A DNA stretch of 64,000 bases from the NCBI RefSeq assembly GCF_036321535.1, contig NC_087447.1, forward strand, positions 50,408,001-50,472,000, written 5' to 3'. This document shows, piece after piece, positions 50,106-60,700 of the stretch (position 1 is its first letter; the number at the start of each line of letters is the position of its first letter). The notes beneath the pieces were generated by a model. It searched no databases. It was given only the letters and a program-made list of their open reading frames with translations, and was not told where the DNA came from. The DNA is from Camelus dromedarius (Eukaryota). The position numbers and the translations under genes are program-made.

Positions 50106-52144
50106 TATAAGATCTCCTGCAGGTGCTCAATAAATAAGCACTAAATTGTGACTCTGAGGGATGTTTTAGAAGAGGCATTTATAGGTCCTTTAAGGACTGA
50201 GTCTTCACTGTTAGAACCCATAAGTATCCTTGCTATGAATTTTAAACAAAGGTGGGTACTCTGAGGTCTTTCCTTGCAAAAAGGCCCCCCCAGGGGTGTC
50301 TTTCAAGCCCTGTCCCCTGGGTTCCCCCTGGGGCCGTGGGCCCTGCTGCACAGCTGTTCTCTTCTCACCTACGTTACAGGTTGGACTTTCACAGGAAATT
50401 TTGTTCTGCTGTTTAAAAAGCAGAACTTCACCACCCTTTTGAATGCTAGTGTACTCAGAATTGAGTGGAAACTCCTCAGTGGGGCCTTTGAGTCCCTTGG
50501 AAAGTGCACCCTGCCCGGCCAGCTCTTCTCTCCTGCTTCATTTCTCACTGTCCCCAATCCCAGTCTGGTTTCTGGAAGCCTCTCATTTCCTTCGGTTCTC
50601 TGAGCACTTTTTCACCGCCCCAAACCTTCACTTCCTCCCCTTTCTATTTGCTGAATACCTCCTCCGTCCTTTGGGTCTCAGCTTAGATGTGACCTCCTCC
50701 AAGAAGCCTTCTCTGGTTCTCCAAGCCTGGGCTATGTATTGGCCCCTCCTCCAGCACTGAATACGCTGTGGTTCCCTCCCCTTCACTCCTTCTCTCTAAG
50801 GGTCACTCCCTCCCTGGGGACCTGACCCCAGGGCCAAGGGGCTTCACTTCCCTCTGGGACCCATCTCACACTACCCAGCAGGCTGGGGAAGGCACTGAGA
50901 ATTGACACAAGGTGTGTCGGTGACATAGTGACATCAGTGAGAGCAGTTGTTCTCCTGACTCTTCCTTCACCTCCCTGTCACACTCTGTCCCTGCATCGGT
51001 AGGTTCTGTCTGCTCTCCCCCAAAAATGGACCCTGGACCTGCCTACCTCCCTCCTCCATCACTGCCACAGACTGAGGCACCACCCTGGGCCTCGATCCCA
51101 GCACCCTATTTCCACCCTGACCTTCTTTCAGTATGTCCTACACATAGCAGCCCGAGAGATGTCTTTAAATCATATATCTGATCATGATTCTCACTGCTTG
51201 CAAACCTCCCATAAAATCTGGCTTTATACAATCTCTTTTCTGACTCCATCTACCATTTGCCCTTCCCTCACCAAATTCTAGCTTTCTTGCCACTCCTCAA
51301 ACACAGCAAGTGCATTCCTGCCTCAGGGCCTTGGCCCTTGCTGCTCCATCTACCTGGAATGCTCCTCCCCAGACCTGCACATGTTTTATTGTTTTCCTCT
51401 CAATGACCATATGATAGTTTATTTCTTATTCTACGAGAACAGTGGTCTATTTAGTGGTGCTCACAAAAGATCTATTGAACAAACAACAAAGCGAGGGAGA
51501 AAGTAGAAGTCCATTGCAAAGGGCTGAGTGGTGAGTGCTAGGTGAGGATAAGGAAGGACCTGGATGAGTTCTTAACTGCTGCCCAAAGGGACCTTCGTTT
51601 CTCCCTCCTCTGCCTGCCAAATCCCACCCTACCCGCAAGGTGGGCATCTGAGCATCAGGCAGGGACCCTCCCTGCAGCACATGGAATCCTGCCCTGACAT
51701 CTGGCACCAAGGAGCCCCTCAGCTGTGGACACCCTTAAGCAGTGCTCAAGACATAGTGTGTAGAATTTGAGGGCTACTTGCTCTCAAGAGGGAGGACTGG
51801 GATCACTTAGACCCAGGCTCACATCTAGACTCTACTGCTCACCAGTGCTGCTCGCTAGGGCAAGTCCCTTAAACTTCCAGTGCCTCAGCGTCCCACCTAT
51901 AGGGCAGGTAGCCTGGTTCCTGTTTTGCCACTATCTGCCCCCAACCATTGTGATGATCAAGCTGAGAATGGCTGTGAAAGTGCCCTGGATACATATTATC
52001 TTTCCCAGTTGGGACAAACCTGTAGGGCTGAGCAGCCCAAGTGAGGCATGCTGAAGAGGATGCCCCCAGGCCTGCAGCCTAGGCAAGAGGAGGCAGAAGA
52101 CATCTCAGGACTCTGATTGGGATGAGAAGTGCCAAAGAATATCC

Positions 52145-52186
<42 letters not shown>
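52145..52186. repeat. Compound microsatellite (GT)11(GA)10 in LRRC32 intron 1
   Basis: Read directly from the sequence. Confidence 0.95.
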
Positions 52187-52685
52187 AGTGGGGTGGGGAG
52201 TAATGCCTTCTACCATAATAAGCCCATCCCTACTGTTTAAGGATGTTAGATGTTCTAAGCACTTTACCTATACCTTTGCATTTAATTCTTACAACAACCG
52301 AGTGAAGTAGTTACTATAATTTCCATTTTACAAATGAAAAACTGAGGCTCAGAAAGGTGAAGTGACTTACGCCAGTTAATTTAACCCAGCTGCTAAGTGT
52401 TTTGGGATTTAGCCCCGGTCTGTATGGTCCCAAATGCTGTGTTTTCTCCAGCAGGTGCTGAGCTGCCTGCCCCGTATAGAACTTGCCTGTGAGGAAAACG
52501 AGGCTCAGAGAGGTGACCTACCCAAAGTCACACAGGCAGTAAACAGCAGAGTCAGGATCAGAATCCAATCTGTCTGCCTCCAAAGCAAGCTTTTCCCTTT
52601 TCCACTACAACAGGCCAAGATCTCCCTTTCTGACCCCCTCCAACGACCCCTCAACTCCAACACACACACAAGCACACAGGCTCAC

Positions 52686-52890
52686 AGCTATGGGCTCTGG
52701 GATGCTCCTCTCCCTCCTCTCTGCCCGGATCACTAGCAGAGCCCGGTCCTGGGAGAGCGGCTGTGGACGTTCCCATCGAGCAGAGTGAATCACTAAGGGC
52801 AAGCCCCATTCTGGAGACATGTGCATCCCACGGGGGAATTAGACCTTAACCCAAAGGAATGTGACTGTGATGGCGGAATTTCAGGCAGCT
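52686..52890 (-). other. LRRC32: Candidate alternative LRRC32 first exon (proximal promoter)
   Basis: Unique non-repeat segment ending in GCT|GTGAGC (GT at 52685-52684), with retained CpGs and a kB/NFAT-like GGAATTTC at 52875-52882. Human LRRC32 is reported to use two alternative first exons; assigning this segment to one of them is inference. Confidence 0.45.
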
Positions 52891-53391
52891 GAGGTTGGGG
52901 GTGGGGGTCATTTTTTACCACTCATAAAGAAGGCTGGCTGAGGAGCCCCTTGGAGAGAGGTGGGTGCTATCACCACCCCCAGAGACAGGCAAGCTATCTG
53001 GCGCGGTGGAATGGGAAGACCCACGCCTGGCCAGGGTCAGAGGGTGACAGATCAGGATTCAAATCCTGATCTGCCCTTGACTAGCGGCGTACTCCCTGGG
53101 CAAGTGCCGGCCTTTCTGCGCTGGTTTTCCCATCTGTCAAATGGGAACGCCGGCCTCGCCCTTCATGGGAAAGATCCGCGGACCTAGGAGCCTTGGAGAC
53201 CTCTAAGGCCGAGGGAGGGTCAACCCCGGCTCCACGCGCAAGGCAGGGGGCGGAGGCGGGAGGGGACTGCTGAGGATCAGCGTCTCGAGGGTCTAGCCCT
53301 AGCTCAGCTCCGCGCCGGGTGCTCGAGAGGAGCGCGGGACCGCCGGTTCCCCGAGGGGGCCGGCCAGCCTCGCCCGCTGGGCGGCTCCTAC

Positions 53392-53540
53392 CTGGCTCAG
53401 CGCGGCCGCCGCTCCTCTCCCAGGCAGCCCCGGCACATTTTGCGCAGACCTGCCCCCCTGGTCGCACCCAGCGCCAGACCCCGGGGTCACGGCCCGAGGA
53501 GGCTCACGGCCGCTCCACCGCCCCACGGGAGCCCGACCCG
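53392..53540 (-). other. LRRC32: LRRC32 non-coding exon 1 (CpG-island first exon); 5' boundary estimated
   Basis: Good donor CAG|GTAGGA (GT at 53391-53390) inside the CpG island, about 170 nt downstream of a TATA-like TATTTAAA. A non-coding first exon a few kb upstream of exon 2 matches the known LRRC32 structure. Confidence 0.75.
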
Positions 53541-53563
53541 CGAGGGGGCGGCTTGGCCTCCAA

Positions 53564-53571
53564 TTTAAATA
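53564..53571 (-). promoter_or_regulatory. TATA-like box TATTTAAA
   Basis: Isolated AT-rich octamer in GC-rich DNA, just downstream of GC boxes and upstream of the exon 1 donor. Confidence 0.6.
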
Positions 53572-56500
53572 CCTCTCCCGCCGACCCGCCCCACCACGCC
53601 CCCCCTCCGCCCAGCCGCGGGGTCCTAGCGCCCGGTCGGCGCGCCCCCGCGTGACTCGGTTTATCCGGAATCTGCAAGGGGGTGAAGCATTTTCTTGACG
53701 CGGAAACCCGGGCTGGGAAGGGGCGGGTCGAAGAGGGTGGGATGAATGGGCCGAGAGCGAGAGGCGTCGCTAAGGAAGCGCTTTACTAGCGTGGCCTCCT
53801 TGGGCCGCCGCACGTGCAGATCGTGGCCCCGCAGGGTCCGGAGGGGCGGGTGGCTCTAGGAGCCGCAGGTTCGCAGAGGAAATCCGGCCTGGCCCCGATT
53901 TCCCCCGTTGTCGGCGCCGCGGCACTTAGCGGGTGGCAAACAGGAGGGGTGACGAACGGCAAGGCTGAACCGGGAAGGAAATGACCCTTCACTGGCCCTG
54001 AGGTGACCACAGAGGGGGTTCCCCATACCGCAGCCATCCCCTCTGACAATTCTAGGCAGTTCACGTCCCCTCTCTGGAGTTTGCTCTAGTGACCAGACCG
54101 CCCTCCTCCTCCATCATCTCCTGGACACTGAAGCAGCCCTGTGAAACAATACCATTATAGTCCACAGTTCTCAAATGGAGAGACTGAGGCTAGGGTTGGG
54201 GACAGAGAGTATAAATGAAAACCACTTGTCTGGGACCAGTAAAGTCCCATTTACACTTGGTGAAACTGAGTCTAGAGAGGTTAAATGGGCATATCCAAAG
54301 TCACCCAGACTATAAGAGGCAGAGGTTTCAGCTCAGTCCATCCCTAAATCTAAGCCCAGGCCAAACTGGGTACTCTTTTCCAGGCATCAACTTACTCAGG
54401 TTGTCTTAGAGTGCTGTGCAAAAAGTAGCACGATGCTATCACTGTCTTTTCACCCGAGATTGAGGCTTATCTTTCCCAAAGACACCCCACCCCGCCACTG
54501 CAGATGTCCTGGTCCTACCAAATTCTGCTCTGCTGAGTATGGCCGGGAGGAAGGGGGTGCCTAAAGGAGGAGGACCACAGCCATCCTCCAGGTCCTGGTA
54601 CCAAGGGTGGAAGAGAATTCCTCTTCCATAATGTTTCTCCTCCCTGATGGTCACTAGCCCTGAGAGTAGCATAGAGAATCCTGTTTTACAGATGGGAAAG
54701 TAACCATCCAGAGTCTTGTGGGAAATCAAGATGAAGCTGGACTTAGAAGCTGGGTTCCCTGAATTCTAGATGGCAGCTGTCTTTCCTTTCTCCCCATCTG
54801 GCTCGCTGTGGGACAGACCTGGGCAGATGGGGTCAGCCCAGAGAAGACAGTCTGTGGTAGCTGGGAGGGCAGAGTGGGGGGCAGAGTGGGGCCTAACCCA
54901 GCCTCAGGGGAGGAGATAAGGGAAAGCCCCCTAAGGAGGAGCCTGAGCTGCAATAAGGACAGGAATAGGAAAGGTTACAGGACCTGGGAAGGGTGTGCAC
55001 ACTTCCCCTCCCTCCCAGCCACCAGAGGCTTCAGATCTAAGCTCAGGGAGGGCCCAGCTGGTTGTCCTAACCCCTTCTCTGGTTCTAGTGCTCATCTAGT
55101 CAAATGGAACCTCAGTTTCCCCATCTGTAAAGTGGGGAAGCTAGTAACTTCTTCTGGGAATTGGTGCTAGAACTAAGAATAACGGAACCAGCCTGAGGCC
55201 TGCACCCAGTGGGTGTTAGGCAATTTCTTGCTGTCTTTATTGGGGCAAATAATGATGTCTCTGACACACCCTGTGGGCTTCCTTTTCCAGAACCTTGTCC
55301 AAGGAGCCTAATGTCCAGGAAGTGCTTCGCAGCAGAACATGGCTGAGTTGGATTCAGACAATACCTGGGCTCTCCCACCCAACCTGCTCCCCTCACACCC
55401 AGCACCGCCTCACCGTTCTTTGAGCTGCTGCCCTGAGCTGCTGCGGAGCAGAAACCACGGGACTGGCATGGAGTTTTGGCTGAGGCTGGGGTGGGGTGGG
55501 GTTGGGGCTATGGCGGGCTCGGGGAGATTGGCCCGCCTCCCACACACCCCCAAAGGCTGCGGTTGTGGTTAGTCAGTTCACAGGGGTCCACCTCCCTCAG
55601 TGCCTGGATGGGGCTCCCCAAGTGTTGGACACAAATGGGCAACCAAGCATGCCTACCCGCTGCAGATGCCTCTTGGGACAGGGGGCTGAAAGCGGGAACC
55701 CCACGTGCTCAGAACCTCTCCTTCATCTCTTCATTTCTTCAGCAGTTATGTTGCTATGTGACTTTTGGCAGGTGGCTTGATCTTTCTGACTGCAGTTGGC
55801 TGATCTGCAAAGTGAAACTAATAATAACACCTGATTCCTGGCTTGCTGTGAAGCCCAAATGTGTGTAAGTACCTGGTCGGGGCCTGGCCTGTGGTCCTTG
55901 CTCAGGAAACAGAACCTCCCTTCCCTGGCAGGTCCTGGAATGAAAATATCTAAGACCTACCCTTATGGAGCTCCCATACTGATGGGAGGCAGATGAGAAC
56001 ATAGGATGATAGAGTCCAGAGGCCTTGAAGGCCAAGTCCAGGAGTCAGAGCTGAATCTGAAGAGGGAGGAGAGCTGAGAACTGAGCAGGGTCAGATTTGC
56101 CCGGCAGCCCTGTGGAGGGTGGATTTCTTTTAAAGGCCACCAAAATCAACGTTCCATCCAGTGTGGCTTAGCACCTGCTCATATCCCTCCACGAATGGGG
56201 CATTCTGCACAGCCCATCAATGCACAGCTCATCTTCATTGTGTTGGTATTTTTGTGGAAATGCTTCCATTTCCTCATGCATCTGTCAGTAAAGATAGGAG
56301 ACACATCTTTTCCTGTGTCTTCAGGACTATTATTCTGAGATGAGAAAACCTCAGGCACCAAGGCAAGCTCAAGGCTCCCTGGGAGGGTTGTTTAGACCAG
56401 GCTGATGCCCAAGGGTCCCAAGTAGGAGTGAGTGGCCTGGGAAGGCAATGATGTGCACATCCTGTGTGACCCTGGACAAGCAACTAAACTTCTCTGAGCC

Positions 56501-58673
56501 TTGCTGGCCTCATCTAACTGTAGAAATGGAGTGGGAAAGACCATGGACCCCAACTTAGTTTCACTGCTTTTTGCTGAACACCCACGGTAGGCCAATCCTT
56601 CATTTCATGTGGCAAATAAGGATAAAGACAGCCATAGACAGCCTCAGGTGTCTTTAGTCTCAATTACTGACTAGGAAACTTGAGGCTCAGAAAGGCTAAT
56701 TAACTGGCCTAAGTCCACACAGCTTTGGAGCCAGGAATTGAACCTGGGTCTCTGGACTCCCAGGCCAGATCTCAGCACAAGGATGCGGCTGTCCTCACTC
56801 CCTGCCCCTGCCCAGCACCCCTGTGGGCCCCTGTGAGTCAAGAGAGTTCCCTCATCAGCCCAGCTTGGGGCCCTGCCCTCTGGGGCAAAACCCTGGTTCC
56901 TCTCCTGCCCGCCCTCCCTTGCTCCCTGGGGCAGCTGAGCTCAGACCAGACCAGCTATGGGCCTCTCCTGGAGGCACAGTAGGACAGGAGAACAAATGTG
57001 GCTGGGTTTCAGCTGTAGGGAGTTTGTGAGCAAAAAGGCATCACTGGGTGCTTGGGAAACAAACGCTAATAAAGAGACAGGTGGTGTGTCCCTTCTTCTG
57101 AGGACTAGCTTACAGGTTTAACAGGAATAATGAGGGCTGCGGGACTGAGCGTGGTGCCAGATATTTCCTCCGCATAGCCATCCCACAAAAGGGGGACTGT
57201 TGTCACCCCCCTTTTACAGAAGAGGGACCGAGGCTCAGAGGGCTTCTGTGACTTGCCCACAGCCACACAGCTAATAGGGCAGGGCACAGCAGCCTTCCGC
57301 ATCCCAGTCCTCAGATACTGAAGCCCTCGTGCGTGTACAGCGACTGGCTGGGCTGGTTTTCTGTTCTCAGTGGGGGCACGAGTCATCCCCTCACTGGGTG
57401 CTTGGAGCGATCAATGCAGGAGAAGCCGGTGTTGGTAAAGCCCTGTGTACCCCTTGGCTGCCACACCAGAGGCTCCTGGCTTGGAGTCTGGTCAGTGAGA
57501 ACTGGGGCTGAGGAGACTGGAGGCTCCAGGAGGCCCCATGGGAGATGGGGGGATGTTAGGTGAGAAAATTCAAGACTGAGTGAAGCAGGCAGGGCAGGAT
57601 CAGAAGCAGCTTGATTGTGCTGCACGCGGACCGTGAAACCACAGCTCTCTGCCGAGCTCGGGCTGCTGGGAACCTGAGGGTTTGGCCCTTTGAGCCACAC
57701 CACTTTTTCAGCTGTTTTAACTATTTGAAGGTCAAACTCAAGGTATCCTTTTCTTGATCATCCAGGGTTATTAATGTGGGCTTAGGTTGTGGTCTGTGAC
57801 ATCATAAAGTGTCATCTCCAAGTTAATGTAGCAGCAACAGAACCAGGCCCAGGGTGAGGGGGCAGCAAACATGTGAGTGCCCCGAAGGCTGCACCAATTA
57901 GAGGCAGGGCTGCAGTGGGGCAGCCCCACCAGGGAGCTGGGCGACTTGGGCAAGTCATTCTCCCCTGTCAGCCTCAATTTCTCATCTGTCAGATGGGGAC
58001 AGTGATTCGGCCAAATTTAAGGGGCTGTTGAGATGATGCTGCTGTAAAAACTGAGTGGAGTGGGGGTTGGGTCAAAATGACTGGCATCATCTTCCTCATC
58101 TTTCTGAAAGTCTGTGATTCCGAGGTGGACTAGAGGGACCTGCTGGCAGATGGAGCGCCCAGCGATGGAAGACAATGACTGGGAGGAGTGGAGTTGGAGG
58201 GACCCAAGCTCTGTAGGCTCAGGACCCAGGGCAGAGGTGGGTCCCAGGCCTCTCAGGTAGGACCCAGCTCCTATAAGGGGAAAGGCCATGGCCCAGACAA
58301 GGCATCCCATGGTGGGGGGCACTCTGCCTCTAGGGGTTCCCTGGAGGTCCCTTCCCAACTTCCCAACCCTTCCCGATTTGGGGTTTGTTGCTGAGCTGAG
58401 CTCCCGGCAGGCTGTGGGCTCCAGTCTTCCTCCAAGCCCCAAGGTCTGGGAGAACTTCTGGAAACTGGCTTGCCCCACAGGTAATAGTCACCTCCCAAAG
58501 TTTCGGAGAATCCTGCTTGCCTCCTCTACCTCCACTTCTGGAAAGACAGCAGATTCTAGGCCCAGAGAGTGTGAGGACATGACCTGAGGTCACACGCAGG
58601 CTGAGGGGGTGATTCCCTTGCCTCACATGCGGTACTCCTGGTTCACACAGCAAGCTCTTCAGAGGCCTTGGCC

Positions 58674-58848
58674 AGTTCCTCCCAACCTTTGGAGAGTATC
58701 AGACTCCTGCTTGTTAGGACAGATTGCTGGGCCCTACCCCTGAGAGTCTGGTTCAGTAGGTCTGAGCTAGGGCCCAGAACCTGCATCTCCAGCCAGCTCC
58801 CAGTGGTGCTGATGCTGCCAGCCCGCAGGCGCCCTTTGAAAAGCGCTG
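58674..58848. mobile_element. MER5A (hAT-Charlie MITE)
   Basis: cagattgctgggccctacccc...ttcagtaggtctg...gggcccagaacctgcat...gtgctgatgctgc...ctttgaaaagcgctg. Confidence 0.75.
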
Positions 58849-60149
58849 CGCCTGTGAGGGTGCGGGGCAGCTGGGCTCTGCGGAGAGGCAGCCTTCACCC
58901 CTCTGTGAAAGGGAGGTAGCGACAGCCCCTCCCCACTGAGTTGCAGAAATGAAGGGATGAAATGTAAACTTATGGTTAACAGGATTATGAACCTTTCTTA
59001 CCATGAGTAAAGTTTTGAGATGAGTGTGAGGCCTCTGTATTAAGTTGAGAAGGGGATGGGCTAGCCCAGGCAGCTTTCTAACGCAGCTTTCATATTGTAA
59101 CCCATTTAATCCTACAACACCCAAGGAGGTAGATATTATTATTACTGTTATTATTATTACCTCTCATTTACAGATGACATTTGAGGAAACTCAGAGAGGT
59201 TAATTAATTAACTCAAGTTTGCACAGCCAGTATGGGTAAGTCCAGGCCGTGGGGCTGCCGCACCTACAAACTTAACACTCTTTTGTCTTGTCACATGATG
59301 GAGCATGAATTAGCCAAAAGAGCAAATAATCTAGAACTCTTTCAACTTAAAGTCTTTAAAATTAAAAACCATGACACACCTTGAGTGTAGAGCTGTATTT
59401 TCCCACAAATGGGTGGGTTGAGGAGGGGCGTGAGGAGGGCAGAGCCGAGGAACAGAAGCAGCCTAGGTTTCAGGGAGGGACTCACCTGGGACCCCTCCTC
59501 ACTGTGCTGCCCACTGTTGTGTGACTGTGGGCTGGTGGCCTCACCTCTCTGAACCCATTCTGTCTCTAAAGTGGAGCAAGGATGGGTAACTAGGGCGGTT
59601 CAGAGTATGAACTCCTGAGTGTCAGGTGCCCCCCAGCCTTTGGCACTTACCCAGTCCTTGGTGCTGTCTGGGCGTTGTTTCCGTTTGGGGGGGTGCAGCT
59701 CTTTTTCATATTGCTTTAATTCAGGGGGCAGTAAAGTGGTTCGGGAAGTTTCCCTCGTCTGTGCTTGGGGCATGTGGGAGGGGACCTGCCTAAAATGTAA
59801 CTGTGGCTGCCCCTTAGGGGCTGTGAGGGGGGCAGCATTGCCATCCTGCAGGGGGACAGGTGGGGCACCGAGACGACAGGTGACAGGGCGGAGGCCTGGC
59901 CACACTCAGCTCTCACTGGGACCGTCCTCTTCAGTGTGGCTCACTGTGGTCCCTTCTTGTCCTGTTCACTTTGCCTTCCTCCTCAGGACCAGCGGGCCTT
60001 CCCAGAATTCAAGTGCTGGCCTTTGGGAGGAATCTAAGGCTTGAGGAAGGCAGTAACTAGCTCAGGTCCCACAGCCAGGAGATGGCAAAGTGGGGGTGGA
60101 ACTCTGTCCCTTTAGCTATGTTGGGCTGTCACGCCTCCTCTAGTGACAG

Positions 60150-60700
60150 CCCTCTTCACACATGCTTCCCCTACAGACACAGTGCACCCGCAAAAGCACA
60201 CTCTCCCCTCCCACACACACACACACCCTTCATATCCACCCTCAAAGAGAACACAGGACACACAGGGCCACAACTCAGGAAAACAGGAAGCATGCGCCAA
60301 CCTCACACAAATTCTCACACAGGCACACACACTGTCCACAAATATTTCACAGAGACACCCTCAAAAGTCACATAGCCACCACACACAGATACACCCCCGC
60401 CTTACCGGTTCAACTGTCACACATACACAACGCATGCACACATCACAAGCATGCACGCTGAGCGTATATGATGCCTACAGTGTATATATCTCCCATGCAA
60501 ACATCAGTCACAAACACTCCACACACATCACCCACAAACACACTTCATATCCCATATATACAACAAACACCTAAAATATCCAGGCTCCCAAACCCAGTGC
60601 ACACACACTGGACCCGGTGCACAGATAAGCCATATGTGTGTGTGTTGCATGGACGTGCCCATATGCAGACTCACGTACACACACATGCACATGCTCGTGG
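60150..60700. repeat. Degenerate CA-rich low-complexity tract
   Basis: Dense cacacac/cacacat motifs; source of His/Thr-rich spurious ORFs. Confidence 0.75.

Larger units (their letters stand above)
53000..54060. promoter_or_regulatory. CpG island / LRRC32 promoter
   Basis: Very GC- and CpG-rich relative to the flanks. GC boxes at 53586-53591 and 53607-53612 (minus strand) and near 53720 and 53845 (plus strand). Confidence 0.88.
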
